Source: a virus. From it: a DNA stretch of 46,958 bases. The stretch is taken from positions 1-46,958 of IMG/VR virus record IMGVR_UViG_3300042731_006922. One strand, given 5' to 3'. Of the stretch, positions 36,113 to 44,581 are shown piece after piece. Positions within the stretch are counted from its first letter, which is position 1. Every line of letters starts with the position of its first letter. Under the pieces are notes generated by a model. The model ran no database searches. It worked only from the letters and a program-made list of their open reading frames with translations, and was not told the DNA's origin. The position numbers and the translations under genes were made by a program.

Positions 36113-36350
36113 TTTCCTTAATTACTTTTTTAATTTCATATGCATGTTTTTCAAGTATAATCGATACCCCTTGCAGATAAGCGTATTTTTCGTATTTATT
36201 TTTTAATTTTTTTTTAAAATTAATTATTTTAGTAATATGAAATTTTAAATCATAAAATTTATCATACATAAAAGAAAAATCTTTTTCATTAAATACTACT
36301 TGTGTCCATTTATTGAGTGCTTCTTCATTAATCTCTTCGTTACTCATCAT
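36099..36350 (-). CDS. hypothetical protein (83 aa)
   Basis: ORF in operon context. Confidence 0.5.
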   Translation of the reverse strand: MMSNEEINEEALNKWTQVVFNEKDFSFMYDKFYDLKFHITKIINFKKKLKNKYEKYAYLQGVSIILEKHAYEIKKVIKEIENE

Positions 36351-36357
36351 CTTCTCC

Positions 36358-36678
36358 TCACGCAGCTATTTCAATATCTTTTTCACCTTTTCTTAGATAT
36401 GTTATAAATTCTCTATAAGTTTTAGCTTGGATTACTTCAAAATATTTTAATGCCCATTTTAGAGCTTTCTGTATAGTGGAAAAACCGTTAGGAATGGAAA
36501 ATCCCTTATCTATTTTTGATACATTAGCCTTTATACATATCCAATAATATTGATTTCGTATATGAGTTAATTTAAGTATATACCCTTTATTTTCAAAACC
36601 ATAGTAATATCTTGATTCACAATTTTTGATACTTATTTCCTTATCGTTATCTATATATTTATTGACTATTTTTATCAT
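36358..36678 (-). CDS. hypothetical protein, paralog of 35137-35490
   Basis: See 35137-35490. Confidence 0.55.
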   Translation of the reverse strand: MIKIVNKYIDNDKEISIKNCESRYYYGFENKGYILKLTHIRNQYYWICIKANVSKIDKGFSIPNGFSTIQKALKWALKYFEVIQAKTYREFITYLRKGEKDIEIAA

Positions 36679-36913
36679 TTTCAGTCTCCTTTAATATTTT
36701 TTTAGTATTCATAAGAAAATCTAATAGATTATGTTCAATATGATGCAATATGTCTCCCCTTTTATCAAGATATTCATTATTGATAGATATATTATTTTCT
36801 TTTGTACACTTTTCAAGTACTTGAAGTAATCTTATTTGAAATTGATATAGATTATATCTAATATCAGATTTTAATAATTCCACTTCAATCTCAATTGATG
36901 CGAGTGCTTTCAT
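36659..36913 (-). CDS. hypothetical protein (84 aa)
   Basis: ORF in operon context. Confidence 0.5.
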   Translation of the reverse strand: MKALASIEIEVELLKSDIRYNLYQFQIRLLQVLEKCTKENNISINNEYLDKRGDILHHIEHNLLDFLMNTKKILKETENDKNSQ

Positions 36914-37185
36914 TCTGAATCCTTTTTATATTTTTCTATTAATTGTTCTGTTTCTTCTTTTAATTCATAATATTTAGATTCAATGTATAATTTATTAGAA
37001 AGTGTACTTAAAAAATCATGCATATAAGATATACCTTTAATATATTTTTCAAGTTCCATATTTAATACAAAATTATTAATATTTTTACAATTTTCATAAG
37101 CTTTATTTAAAGGTTCTAAAATAGATAATACTTGTTCGTGACATTCTTTTGTATATTCTGATAATTTTTTATAGTTTTTAGTCAT
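36910..37185 (-). CDS. hypothetical protein (91 aa)
   Basis: ORF in operon context. Confidence 0.5.
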   Translation of the reverse strand: MTKNYKKLSEYTKECHEQVLSILEPLNKAYENCKNINNFVLNMELEKYIKGISYMHDFLSTLSNKLYIESKYYELKEETEQLIEKYKKDSE

Positions 37186-37429
37186 TTTTAATTTCCTTTA
37201 TTACATACTCATGAACAATATTAGTTACCATATTTTTTAATGCTCGTTGCCCTTTTCCTATATTGAAAAATTTAGTTATTTCTTCAGTTAAAAAAAATGT
37301 TAATTTTTCAATAGTTTTTTCAGTACCATTTATATTTATATCTTCTATTATTTGATCTACTTCTTTTTCACGTAACATAGCTTGTTGCATGAAATCTTTT
37401 TCTAATTGTTCCATATCTATTTTAAACAT
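37178..37429 (-). CDS. hypothetical protein (83 aa)
   Basis: ORF in operon context. Confidence 0.5.
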   Translation of the reverse strand: MFKIDMEQLEKDFMQQAMLREKEVDQIIEDININGTEKTIEKLTFFLTEEITKFFNIGKGQRALKNMVTNIVHEYVIKEIKND

Positions 37430-37571
37430 TTTTGTTTTCCTTTATTTTGTCTAAATATTTTTCTATTATTATTTTTTTCATAGATTTTTTAAGGGGAATT
37501 TTTTTAGCTTTTTTTTCTTCTTCTAAACATTCTTTAATAGTTTTTATAATATTTTCTGTGTATTTATCCAT
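37422..37571 (-). CDS. Lys-rich hypothetical protein (49 aa, not in the ORF track)
   Basis: Hand translation MDKYTENIIKTIKECLEEEKKAKK...KENKNV. Fills an otherwise empty 145-nt gap and overlaps the next start by 8 nt. Confidence 0.4.
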   Translation of the reverse strand: MDKYTENIIKTIKECLEEEKKAKKIPLKKSMKKIIIEKYLDKIKENKNV

Positions 37572-37574
37572 TTT

Positions 37575-37796
37575 TTATAGCCCTTTAAGTGCCTCTAAAA
37601 TACATTCTTTACAGATCTCTCTACCTATAGTAGTGGAGGGGTCGTTATCATAACTACCGTATTTAAATTTTTTTATATTTAAATAAATTTTTATACGGCC
37701 GCCTTTATCTTTTGTATCAATTGAAACATGGTTATTATCGTAATTAGGTAAGTCTGTTGTTTCTTTTCCACATACTTCGCAAAAGTATTTAATCAT
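37575..37796 (-). CDS. small zinc-ribbon protein, paralog family member 1
   Basis: N-terminal CEVC and C-terminal CKEC. Confidence 0.55.
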   Translation of the reverse strand: MIKYFCEVCGKETTDLPNYDNNHVSIDTKDKGGRIKIYLNIKKFKYGSYDNDPSTTIGREICKECILEALKGL

Positions 37797-37808
37797 TGTT
37801 TTAATCCT

Positions 37809-38009
37809 TTAAAGTCTTTCTGTGAATATTTCAATAAGACAATTTTTACATATTTCATTATTTTTATATTCATATTCATCACCATATGCTCTTATAGATA
37901 AATTAATATGTAAAGTTTTATGTTTTAATGTTACTACAATTTGATCTCTATCAAAACATTTTAACTTAGGTGTTTCTTTTTTACATTTTTCACAAAAATA
38001 TTTAATCAT
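37809..38009 (-). CDS. small zinc-ribbon protein, paralog family member 2
   Basis: MIKYFCEKC ... CKNC; same N-terminus as member 1. Confidence 0.55.
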   Translation of the reverse strand: MIKYFCEKCKKETPKLKCFDRDQIVVTLKHKTLHINLSIRAYGDEYEYKNNEICKNCLIEIFTERL

Positions 38010-38220
38010 CGGTTATCCTTTCATCAATCATATTTTTATATTCATTCAATATATCCTTAAAACAATTATCACAAACATCATAACAGTACATCCAACCAGT
38101 GGATTTTAACCGTATAGTTGGTTGTACAACAAATAAATAAATATTTTTAAAATTTAATTCAAATGATCTATTAATAGATTTATCAGTAACTTTTTTACAG
38201 AATTTACAAGTAAAATACAT
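38002..38220 (-). CDS. small zinc-ribbon protein, paralog family member 3
   Basis: CKFC ... CDNC. Confidence 0.55.
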   Translation of the reverse strand: MYFTCKFCKKVTDKSINRSFELNFKNIYLFVVQPTIRLKSTGWMYCYDVCDNCFKDILNEYKNMIDERITDD

Positions 38221-38247
38221 TTTCTTTATCCTTCAATAGTTTTTCAT

Positions 38248-38472
38248 TTATTTCGGAGGGTATATTTGTTCATCATAACCTTCATGGTTACCTTGACTAT
38301 CTACTAAACATACATGTGCTTCTACAATACGGTCTGTATCCTCTTCAATGGCTCTATCTACCGCTACCTCATAGTTATATTCTTCAATTAATTCAAAATA
38401 ATGATATTCGTAAAATTCAAGATAGTCTTTAATAAGTTCTTCTATTTTTTCATTATGTTGGCGTATATTCAT
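38248..38472 (-). CDS. highly acidic small protein
   Basis: Start set at ATG 38472 after GGAG. 74 aa with 20 D/E and 6 K/R by hand count. Confidence 0.5.
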   Translation of the reverse strand: MNIRQHNEKIEELIKDYLEFYEYHYFELIEEYNYEVAVDRAIEEDTDRIVEAHVCLVDSQGNHEGYDEQIYPPK

Positions 38473-38483
38473 AATAATCTCCT

Positions 38484-38714
38484 TCAATAGTTTTTAGCGA
38501 TTAATGCAGTCATACAATTTTGGCAAATTTCATTAATAGTAAGATTTCGTTTAAAATTATTATTTTCAAATAAATCAACATTTAAATTTAAAATAAATTT
38601 TAAATTTTTTACTAATTTTTTTAATTCTACGTCTTTACGTATTACATATTCATTATAGCATATATGACATGTACATTTTAAAAATGTTGCGGTTGCTACT
38701 TTAGATTTATCCAT
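38484..38714 (-). CDS. small zinc-ribbon protein, paralog family member 4
   Basis: CHIC ... CQNC. Confidence 0.55.
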   Translation of the reverse strand: MDKSKVATATFLKCTCHICYNEYVIRKDVELKKLVKNLKFILNLNVDLFENNNFKRNLTINEICQNCMTALIAKNY

Positions 38715-38762
38715 AATATCTTTATCCTTATTTTATTTCTTTATTAAAATATATAAAAATAA

Positions 38763-38978
38763 TTATATATAATCATTATGACTATCCGTTATATATAACC
38801 TATACTCATTACGAAGTGTTTTAGATGCTTTTTCAAGTATTTTCACAAATTCTTTCAGATCATTAGTTGCAGCTTCTATACACTCTTTATCTCCGCAAAA
38901 TTTATGAGTGTCACTTAAATTTTCTATGCAGGATCTAACTTGTTCTTGTATTTCTTGATATATGTATTCTATATTCAT
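38763..38978 (-). CDS. hypothetical protein (71 aa)
   Basis: Preceded by the conserved 21-nt leader containing GGAG. Confidence 0.5.
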   Translation of the reverse strand: MNIEYIYQEIQEQVRSCIENLSDTHKFCGDKECIEAATNDLKEFVKILEKASKTLRNEYRLYITDSHNDYI

Positions 38979-38983
38979 AATGT

Positions 38984-39004
38984 CTTACTCCTTATTTTAT
39001 TTAT
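38984..39004 (-). repeat. 21-nt leader repeat, copy 1 (minus strand ATAAATAAAATAAGGAGTAAG)
   Basis: Identical to 39321-39341. A shorter version is at 38726-38738. Confidence 0.9.
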
Positions 39005-39318
39005 ATTTTAACACCGAGTAAAGAATAACCGTGAGAATCTCTAAAATTGTGAAGTTTAAGTTCAGGTTTAGCTTTTTTTATTGGTTTTTCTATTCCTAAA
39101 AAGGCTTCAATATCTTCAATTAATGTTTCTCCATCTCCCTCACAAGTGCAATAAATAAGATCTATTTCGGATAGATCTTTTATTTTATCAATTTTTTTAA
39201 TAAGTTTATATGCAGTTTTTAATGATCTTGGTTTTGTAGTTACACCACTTTTTTCAATAAGTTCTCTTGCGGCTTTAAAAAGTTCATTTTTCTCATATAA
39301 AATATATTTGTTATCCAT
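39001..39318 (-). CDS. hypothetical protein (105 aa)
   Basis: First ORF downstream of the internal promoter; preceded by the 21-nt leader. Confidence 0.55.
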   Translation of the reverse strand: MDNKYILYEKNELFKAARELIEKSGVTTKPRSLKTAYKLIKKIDKIKDLSEIDLIYCTCEGDGETLIEDIEAFLGIEKPIKKAKPELKLHNFRDSHGYSLLGVKI

Positions 39319-39320
39319 GA

Positions 39321-39341
39321 CTTACTCCTTATTTTATTTAT
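39321..39341 (-). repeat. 21-nt leader repeat, copy 2
   Basis: Identical to 38984-39004. Confidence 0.9.
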
Positions 39342-39368
39342 AAAGTATTAATATTAACTTATGTATAG

Positions 39369-39397
39369 TTTATAAAATAAGTATGGCTATTTGTCAA
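39369..39397 (-). promoter_or_regulatory. sigma70-type promoter, TTGACA-17 nt-TATAAA, inside the minus-strand block
   Basis: Minus strand reads TTGACA (39397-39392), a 17-nt spacer, then TATAAA (39374-39369). It sits in the only sizeable intergenic gap (39319-39554) of this block. Confidence 0.6.
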
Positions 39398-39554
39398 TTA
39401 TGTTTTTAAATATAACTTTAGCTATTTAATTATATTTAAGCCTACGTAGGCAGCGTGTATTAAACGATTTTAATTTAATCAATGTTATGATATACATTAA
39501 ATATTGCGTTTGATATAGAGCTTCTATGTTAGTTTATTTTGTAACTAATTGATT

Positions 39555-39761
39555 TTATTCATCTATTTCCTCACGCATTAAATCTTGTATTTCCATTATT
39601 TTTTTACGATATAATTTAACCATTTCAATTCCGTGAAAATCATCTCCACAATTTCTATGTTGTAAATCTATAATAAAATTATTAAGTGCAACACGAATTG
39701 TCATAGCTTGCTCTTCAGTAGTTCTTTTTCCATTTATAATGATAATAGGTTCTTTTTTCAT
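39555..39761 (-). CDS. hypothetical protein (68 aa)
   Basis: ORF in operon context. Confidence 0.5.
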   Translation of the reverse strand: MKKEPIIIINGKRTTEEQAMTIRVALNNFIIDLQHRNCGDDFHGIEMVKLYRKKIMEIQDLMREEIDE

Positions 39762-39955
39762 TTCAATAAGTTCTCCTTTTCTAAATAATTTACAATTTTT
39801 TCAGCTAAATCAATATAAGATTCCCAGGCTGGATAATATGCGTTTTTCTTTGAATTATCACACACAGAATCATTAACAATCAATTCTTTAGGGTCCCATC
39901 CATTTTCTATACACATCATTTTTGCTATTTCTTCAATATGTTTTTCTTTATTCAT
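39758..39955 (-). CDS. hypothetical protein, paralog of 40177-40452
   Basis: Shared EK(H/L)IEEIA and KIV(N/E)(Y/F)L(E/K)KE(N/D)LLK termini. Confidence 0.55.
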   Translation of the reverse strand: MNKEKHIEEIAKMMCIENGWDPKELIVNDSVCDNSKKNAYYPAWESYIDLAEKIVNYLEKENLLK

Positions 39956-39961
39956 TTTTAA

Positions 39962-40180
39962 TCATCCCATAATTGAAATTTTATATAATACAACTGTTGT
40001 TATAAAAGTTAATATGAAATACATGCTTATTATAAATATACGGCGTTTGATATTTGCCCAACTAAATATTTTATCTTTTTTCTTTGGTTGTTTATTAATA
40101 TTTCTAATGTATATGTATTGATTTTCTTTTAAAAATTTATCTGCAAAATCTTTTGCAGATTTTTTATTTTCTTCTTTCAT
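39962..40180 (-). CDS. C-terminally membrane-anchored small protein
   Basis: 72 aa; hydrophobic segment IFIISMYFILTFITTVVLY. Confidence 0.5.
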   Translation of the reverse strand: MKEENKKSAKDFADKFLKENQYIYIRNINKQPKKKDKIFSWANIKRRIFIISMYFILTFITTVVLYKISIMG

Positions 40181-40452
40181 TTTAATAAGTCCTCTTTTTT
40201 TAAAAATTCTACAATTTTATTTGATAAGTTAACCCAAATTTCCCAATACTGGAAATTTGTAAGTTCTTCTATTACTATATCTACTACTTTACACTTTTTA
40301 TTATTTATTGTTACATATCTTTCATTATCTATTATTTCATATGTTTTATTTAAAAATATAGGTTTAATTAAAGACTCAAACTTATCTGGTTTTACTTTAT
40401 AATGAGTGCAAATAACTCTTGCTATTTCTTCAATTAATTTTTCTTCGTTCAT
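40177..40452 (-). CDS. hypothetical protein, paralog of 39758-39955
   Basis: Start set at ATG 40452 (GGGAG SD, TAAAATG junction with the polymerase stop). Confidence 0.55.
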   Translation of the reverse strand: MNEEKLIEEIARVICTHYKVKPDKFESLIKPIFLNKTYEIIDNERYVTINNKKCKVVDIVIEELTNFQYWEIWVNLSNKIVEFLKKEDLLK

Positions 40453-40453
40453 T

Positions 40454-42106
40454 TTAAAACTCCCATGTTTTACCGATTTTATATCCACGCGGCATAGTTA
40501 AATCAGGATACACTAAATCCTCAATCACGTATTTCCAAGCTTCCAGCATACATTCATCTAAATGTTCACCCCACATTTCAGCCTCACTATCTTTACATAA
40601 TAAAGTATTACTATCATGAACAGTGTTTATAAGTGGAATATCGGGATATTTTTTATACAATACAGCTATTGCCACTTTCTGAACTTCAGCAGTACTTCCC
40701 GAAATGGGATAATTTAAACTATCAGTTAATCTCCATGCTCGTATTTTTCTGCCTAAAGCTGTTTGGATATCTAAATATCCTTGACTTCTAAAAATATTTT
40801 TATGTGTTTTATGCCATTCATAAAAATCATTATATAAATTAAACCAACCACTATGCATTTTTTTAGTTTCACTATATGTTTTAAATATATCTGAATTAGT
40901 AAGGAGCATAATTTTAAATTTTTTAACTCCCGCACCATATAATAAACTAAAGTTACACGCTTTAGCTTCTTGTCTTTCAATATTTAAATACTTAGCTGTT
41001 ACTTGATGTAAGTCCTCACCATCCATAAACATCTGATACATAGTGGATTCACCTATAAATGCGGTAGCCATACGTAACTCAATACCACTGTAATCTTTGT
41101 ATACAAAAGAATACCCTTCAGGAGCTTCAAAACAAGCATATAAATTATGCGGTATTTGTTGTAAGTTATCGTGATCAAAACTATCTCCACCATTGCATGA
41201 AAATCTGCCCGTAATTGCTGAACTCGGATTAAAAAATCCTTTAACTATAGATCTATTATATTTTTTTAAAAATTGTAGAGATTTTATATATCTACGAGCA
41301 TCATATATCATTTTTGCTTCATGATTTTTTTCATAAATTAATTTTTTTAAAGTTACAATATCTGAAGCTGATGTATCTAAAAGTTTTTTAGATTCTACAT
41401 AAGATAGTGGATTGATTTTTAATTGTTCTAAAAGGGGTTCAAGTTTTTCAGTGTATTCTAATTGAAATTTTTTAACAGTCTTTTGATTGGTGGGCATGCC
41501 TCTTCTGGAATAATCAACAGCGTGTTTTAAATTCTTAATATCAAGTCTATAAGATAAATCAAATTTTTTTACTTTTACTACTTCATAAAGTTTTTCTAAA
41601 TATATTACATCTGCTGCGGCATATGTTAAGGCTTGACTGGATAAAGGTTTACTCCAATCTCTTTTTTGTTCTTTTTTCTTATCAATACTATCAATTAATA
41701 CATCATTTAAACCGGCATGAGTTAAGCTATCGTAAAAAGTAAAAAAAGATTCTTCATTGAAATGAATTTTTGATAAATAATAACAATCGTCTATTTCACG
41801 AGGTAACCAAGTTTTTGAAATAGTTAAATTAATTGTATGTAAATCATAAATTCCATTATAAAAAACAAAGTAATAATCATGAAAATAATCAAGTATTTTT
41901 TTAAGAGAAAGAAAATAGCAATCAATAATAATTGCTTTTTTCCAATGTTTTTGGTATATCTGAAATAATCTCACTTGACCATATAGACCTCCATCCGTTT
42001 TGCCTTCTAATTGGGCTGTTTCCGTATCGCAAAAAATAGGTTTTAACTTATCCGAATATTGCATAGACGAATCAAAATCCGTTGAAGTTCTAACGAGATT
42101 GTACAT
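40454..42106 (-). CDS. family A DNA polymerase with a 3'-5' exonuclease domain
   Basis: 550 aa. ExoI FCDTETAQL. ExoIII YAAADVIYL. Motif A DYSGIELR. Motif B RQEAKACNFSLLYGAG. Motif C region reads VHDS. Confidence 0.85.
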   Translation of the reverse strand: MYNLVRTSTDFDSSMQYSDKLKPIFCDTETAQLEGKTDGGLYGQVRLFQIYQKHWKKAIIIDCYFLSLKKILDYFHDYYFVFYNGIYDLHTINLTISKTWLPREIDDCYYLSKIHFNEESFFTFYDSLTHAGLNDVLIDSIDKKKEQKRDWSKPLSSQALTYAAADVIYLEKLYEVVKVKKFDLSYRLDIKNLKHAVDYSRRGMPTNQKTVKKFQLEYTEKLEPLLEQLKINPLSYVESKKLLDTSASDIVTLKKLIYEKNHEAKMIYDARRYIKSLQFLKKYNRSIVKGFFNPSSAITGRFSCNGGDSFDHDNLQQIPHNLYACFEAPEGYSFVYKDYSGIELRMATAFIGESTMYQMFMDGEDLHQVTAKYLNIERQEAKACNFSLLYGAGVKKFKIMLLTNSDIFKTYSETKKMHSGWFNLYNDFYEWHKTHKNIFRSQGYLDIQTALGRKIRAWRLTDSLNYPISGSTAEVQKVAIAVLYKKYPDIPLINTVHDSNTLLCKDSEAEMWGEHLDECMLEAWKYVIEDLVYPDLTMPRGYKIGKTWEF

Positions 42107-42127
42107 GATTTTCCTTACTTATTAAAA

Positions 42128-42151
42128 GGGAGCATTTTGCTCCCTTTTTTT
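42128..42151. terminator. Hairpin with a T7 tract on the plus strand, between two minus-strand genes
   Basis: GGGAGC (42128-42133) pairs with GCTCCC (42139-42144). T7 at 42145-42151 and A4 upstream, so the element is bidirectional in form. Confidence 0.45.
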
Positions 42152-42152
42152 A

Positions 42153-42770
42153 TTAATTGTTTAATTGTTCGAGAGTTTCATCTACAGTTAAATTATTTGC
42201 AAGGGCATAAGCTAATTTAAAGTTAGCTGTAACATATTTATCCACATTTTTTACAACGCCTTGTAAAGCTTCCCTTAACATATGTTCAGTAACTTCTTTG
42301 GGCTCATTGGTTGAAAATACTTCAATAATTACTCTATTAACATGGCCTATACGTCCTTTAATCACTCTTGGTTTTTTGGGAAATGGTGTATCGTTTTGTT
42401 TGAAAAACCATCTTAAAACAGCTAAAACTCGTTGTGGTGTATATTGTTGATCTACTTCTTTCAATATATTTATAATTTTTTCAATATCTGACCAGTTTTC
42501 AGTATAAGTAAGAAGAATGCCGTTATCTTGTTCTATATATTCTTTAATTTTTGATTTAATTTCTATTGGATTTACGATTAAATTATGATGTTTAGCTATA
42601 AGGTTAAATACACTATTTAAACGATTAAAAGGCAAATCTGTATGTTTAATAAGAGCTGTTTTAATTGTATCCGGTGATTTATCTTTTTTGAATCCTTCTA
42701 TAATAATTTGTTCAACTTCTCTAAAAAGTTCTTCATTAAGTCCTTTGGGACAACTTAATTCTTTAATCAT
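42153..42770 (-). CDS. hypothetical protein (205 aa)
   Basis: ORF in the replication module. Confidence 0.55.
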   Translation of the reverse strand: MIKELSCPKGLNEELFREVEQIIIEGFKKDKSPDTIKTALIKHTDLPFNRLNSVFNLIAKHHNLIVNPIEIKSKIKEYIEQDNGILLTYTENWSDIEKIINILKEVDQQYTPQRVLAVLRWFFKQNDTPFPKKPRVIKGRIGHVNRVIIEVFSTNEPKEVTEHMLREALQGVVKNVDKYVTANFKLAYALANNLTVDETLEQLNN

Positions 42771-42910
42771 GTGTTATCTCCGTTTAATTCTTTTTCTATA
42801 TTCTCATAATATTCTATATATGCCTTATATTCTATATCATACATTCTACTTTCAACATAATTTAATTTATATAATAAAAAATCTAATTCTTTATTTTGTG
42901 TTTCAGACAT
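42767..42910 (-). CDS. hypothetical protein (47 aa, not in the ORF track)
   Basis: AAGGAAA SD. ATGA overlap with the next gene. Hand translation MSETQNKELDFLLYKLNYVESRMYDIEYKAYIEYYENIEKELNGDNT. Confidence 0.4.
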   Translation of the reverse strand: MSETQNKELDFLLYKLNYVESRMYDIEYKAYIEYYENIEKELNGDNT

Positions 42911-42976
42911 ACTATTTCCTTTTTTAAAATTAATAATATTTATTTTATAATATACTTTTAAACCTAAATCAATCTA

Positions 42977-44581
42977 TTAAAATTGTATATGTTTTATTTT
43001 AGGGTATTTTTCAGAAGCGTCTATATAAATTTTTTTTGGAATTTTTAAATATTTAGCTGTATCATATACTGTTTGAGTTGTAACTTTCCGATTAGCTCCT
43101 TTTAAAGGTGTATCTATTGGGTTATTTAAATCTTGCATCAATCTGGTAAATAACCATTTTAAGGCTTGTTTTCTGGCGTATCCTTTGTGATCAAAGCAAA
43201 TATATTCAGTTATTGAAAATATTCCACAATAATAGGTTACTTTTAATGTATCCGGTCTATTTTTCTTTTTATGAATTTTGTAGAAAACATTAGTCACATT
43301 ATACCATTTATATTTAGAACCTTTTTTGATAAGTCTAATATTATCAGCTTTTGGTTTTATTTTTTCTTTAAATACGAATTCATGACCACAAAGGCTACAT
43401 TTTTTTACAGTAGGATGATATAAACAACCACATAAAGGACAACTCTTTGTGATCGCCTTACCTTTATTTTTACCTCTTCTTTTTCTTTGAATATCCATTG
43501 CATTAATAGGACCTAATCTTGCCGTATTTCCCGCGTAATCAAGTACTAAGCAATAAGTTTTTCCAGGGAACGTGCGCAGTCCTCTACCTATCATTTGAAC
43601 GTGCAGAACAGGCGACATAGTGGGACGTAAGAGACATATAAGGTCTATATTAGGTGCGTCAAATCCTGTCGTAAGTTTTCCTACATTAATAATAGCTTGT
43701 ATTTTTCCACTTTTAAACTCTTCAATTATTTTATCATTATCATTATTACTGTGATACTCTTGGGAATTAATACCATTTTTTCTTAATTCCATATTAATAT
43801 TATGTGCATGTTCTATATTAATAGCGAATATTAACCAAGATTTGTAATGTTTACCGTATATAATAAGACTTTTTATTGCTTCTTTAGTTATTTCTTCTCT
43901 ATTTATTTTAAAATCTAAATCTTTAAGATTGTAATCTCCTGCTGTTACTTTAACATTTTCAGTATTTAATTGTAACTCTGGAGGTAATGGACAGGGTTTA
44001 CATAAATATTTATTTTCAATAAGTTCGTTAAACTTATTTCTTGACGTAAGATCATAAGAAAGTTTGTTAAATATAGCTTTTTCACCTTCATAGATATAAC
44101 CGTATCTTGTTCTAAAAGGTGTAGCTGTAAGACCGGCTATCTGATAATCACTTCTACTAAAAAACTGTTGATACATACTTTTCTTTTTAGTAGAAATAGT
44201 GTGAGCTTCGTCAATGATGCATAAATCAAAATCTTTAAATAGTTTACTTGTTTTTTTCCGGTATACTGATTGAATCCCTGCAACAGTAATTTGTTCTATA
44301 TTTTTGATACCTAAACCTGAACTATAAAGACCAATAAAATGATCAGGTAAAAAATCCTCTAGAGTATCAAAATCTTGTTGTAATATATTTTTAGTATGAC
44401 TTAATATGAGTACTTTATTATGAGGATATCTATCAAGATATCTAATTATAAATCTACTTAATATGACGGTCTTACCAGCGCCAGTTGGTACTGCAATTAG
44501 TGGATTATATTTATTTATAGTATCAAGGTATAGTGCATTAACACATTTAGTTTGATACTCTCTTTCTTCGTATTTTTTCAT
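42977..44581 (-). CDS. SF2 DEAD/DEAH-type helicase with a C-terminal zinc ribbon
   Basis: Walker A PTGAGKT; DEAH box IIDEAHT; motif III TATP; motif VI QMIGRGLR; CPLCG...CSLCG. Confidence 0.85.
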   Translation of the reverse strand: MKKYEEREYQTKCVNALYLDTINKYNPLIAVPTGAGKTVILSRFIIRYLDRYPHNKVLILSHTKNILQQDFDTLEDFLPDHFIGLYSSGLGIKNIEQITVAGIQSVYRKKTSKLFKDFDLCIIDEAHTISTKKKSMYQQFFSRSDYQIAGLTATPFRTRYGYIYEGEKAIFNKLSYDLTSRNKFNELIENKYLCKPCPLPPELQLNTENVKVTAGDYNLKDLDFKINREEITKEAIKSLIIYGKHYKSWLIFAINIEHAHNINMELRKNGINSQEYHSNNDNDKIIEEFKSGKIQAIINVGKLTTGFDAPNIDLICLLRPTMSPVLHVQMIGRGLRTFPGKTYCLVLDYAGNTARLGPINAMDIQRKRRGKNKGKAITKSCPLCGCLYHPTVKKCSLCGHEFVFKEKIKPKADNIRLIKKGSKYKWYNVTNVFYKIHKKKNRPDTLKVTYYCGIFSITEYICFDHKGYARKQALKWLFTRLMQDLNNPIDTPLKGANRKVTTQTVYDTAKYLKIPKKIYIDASEKYPKIKHIQF

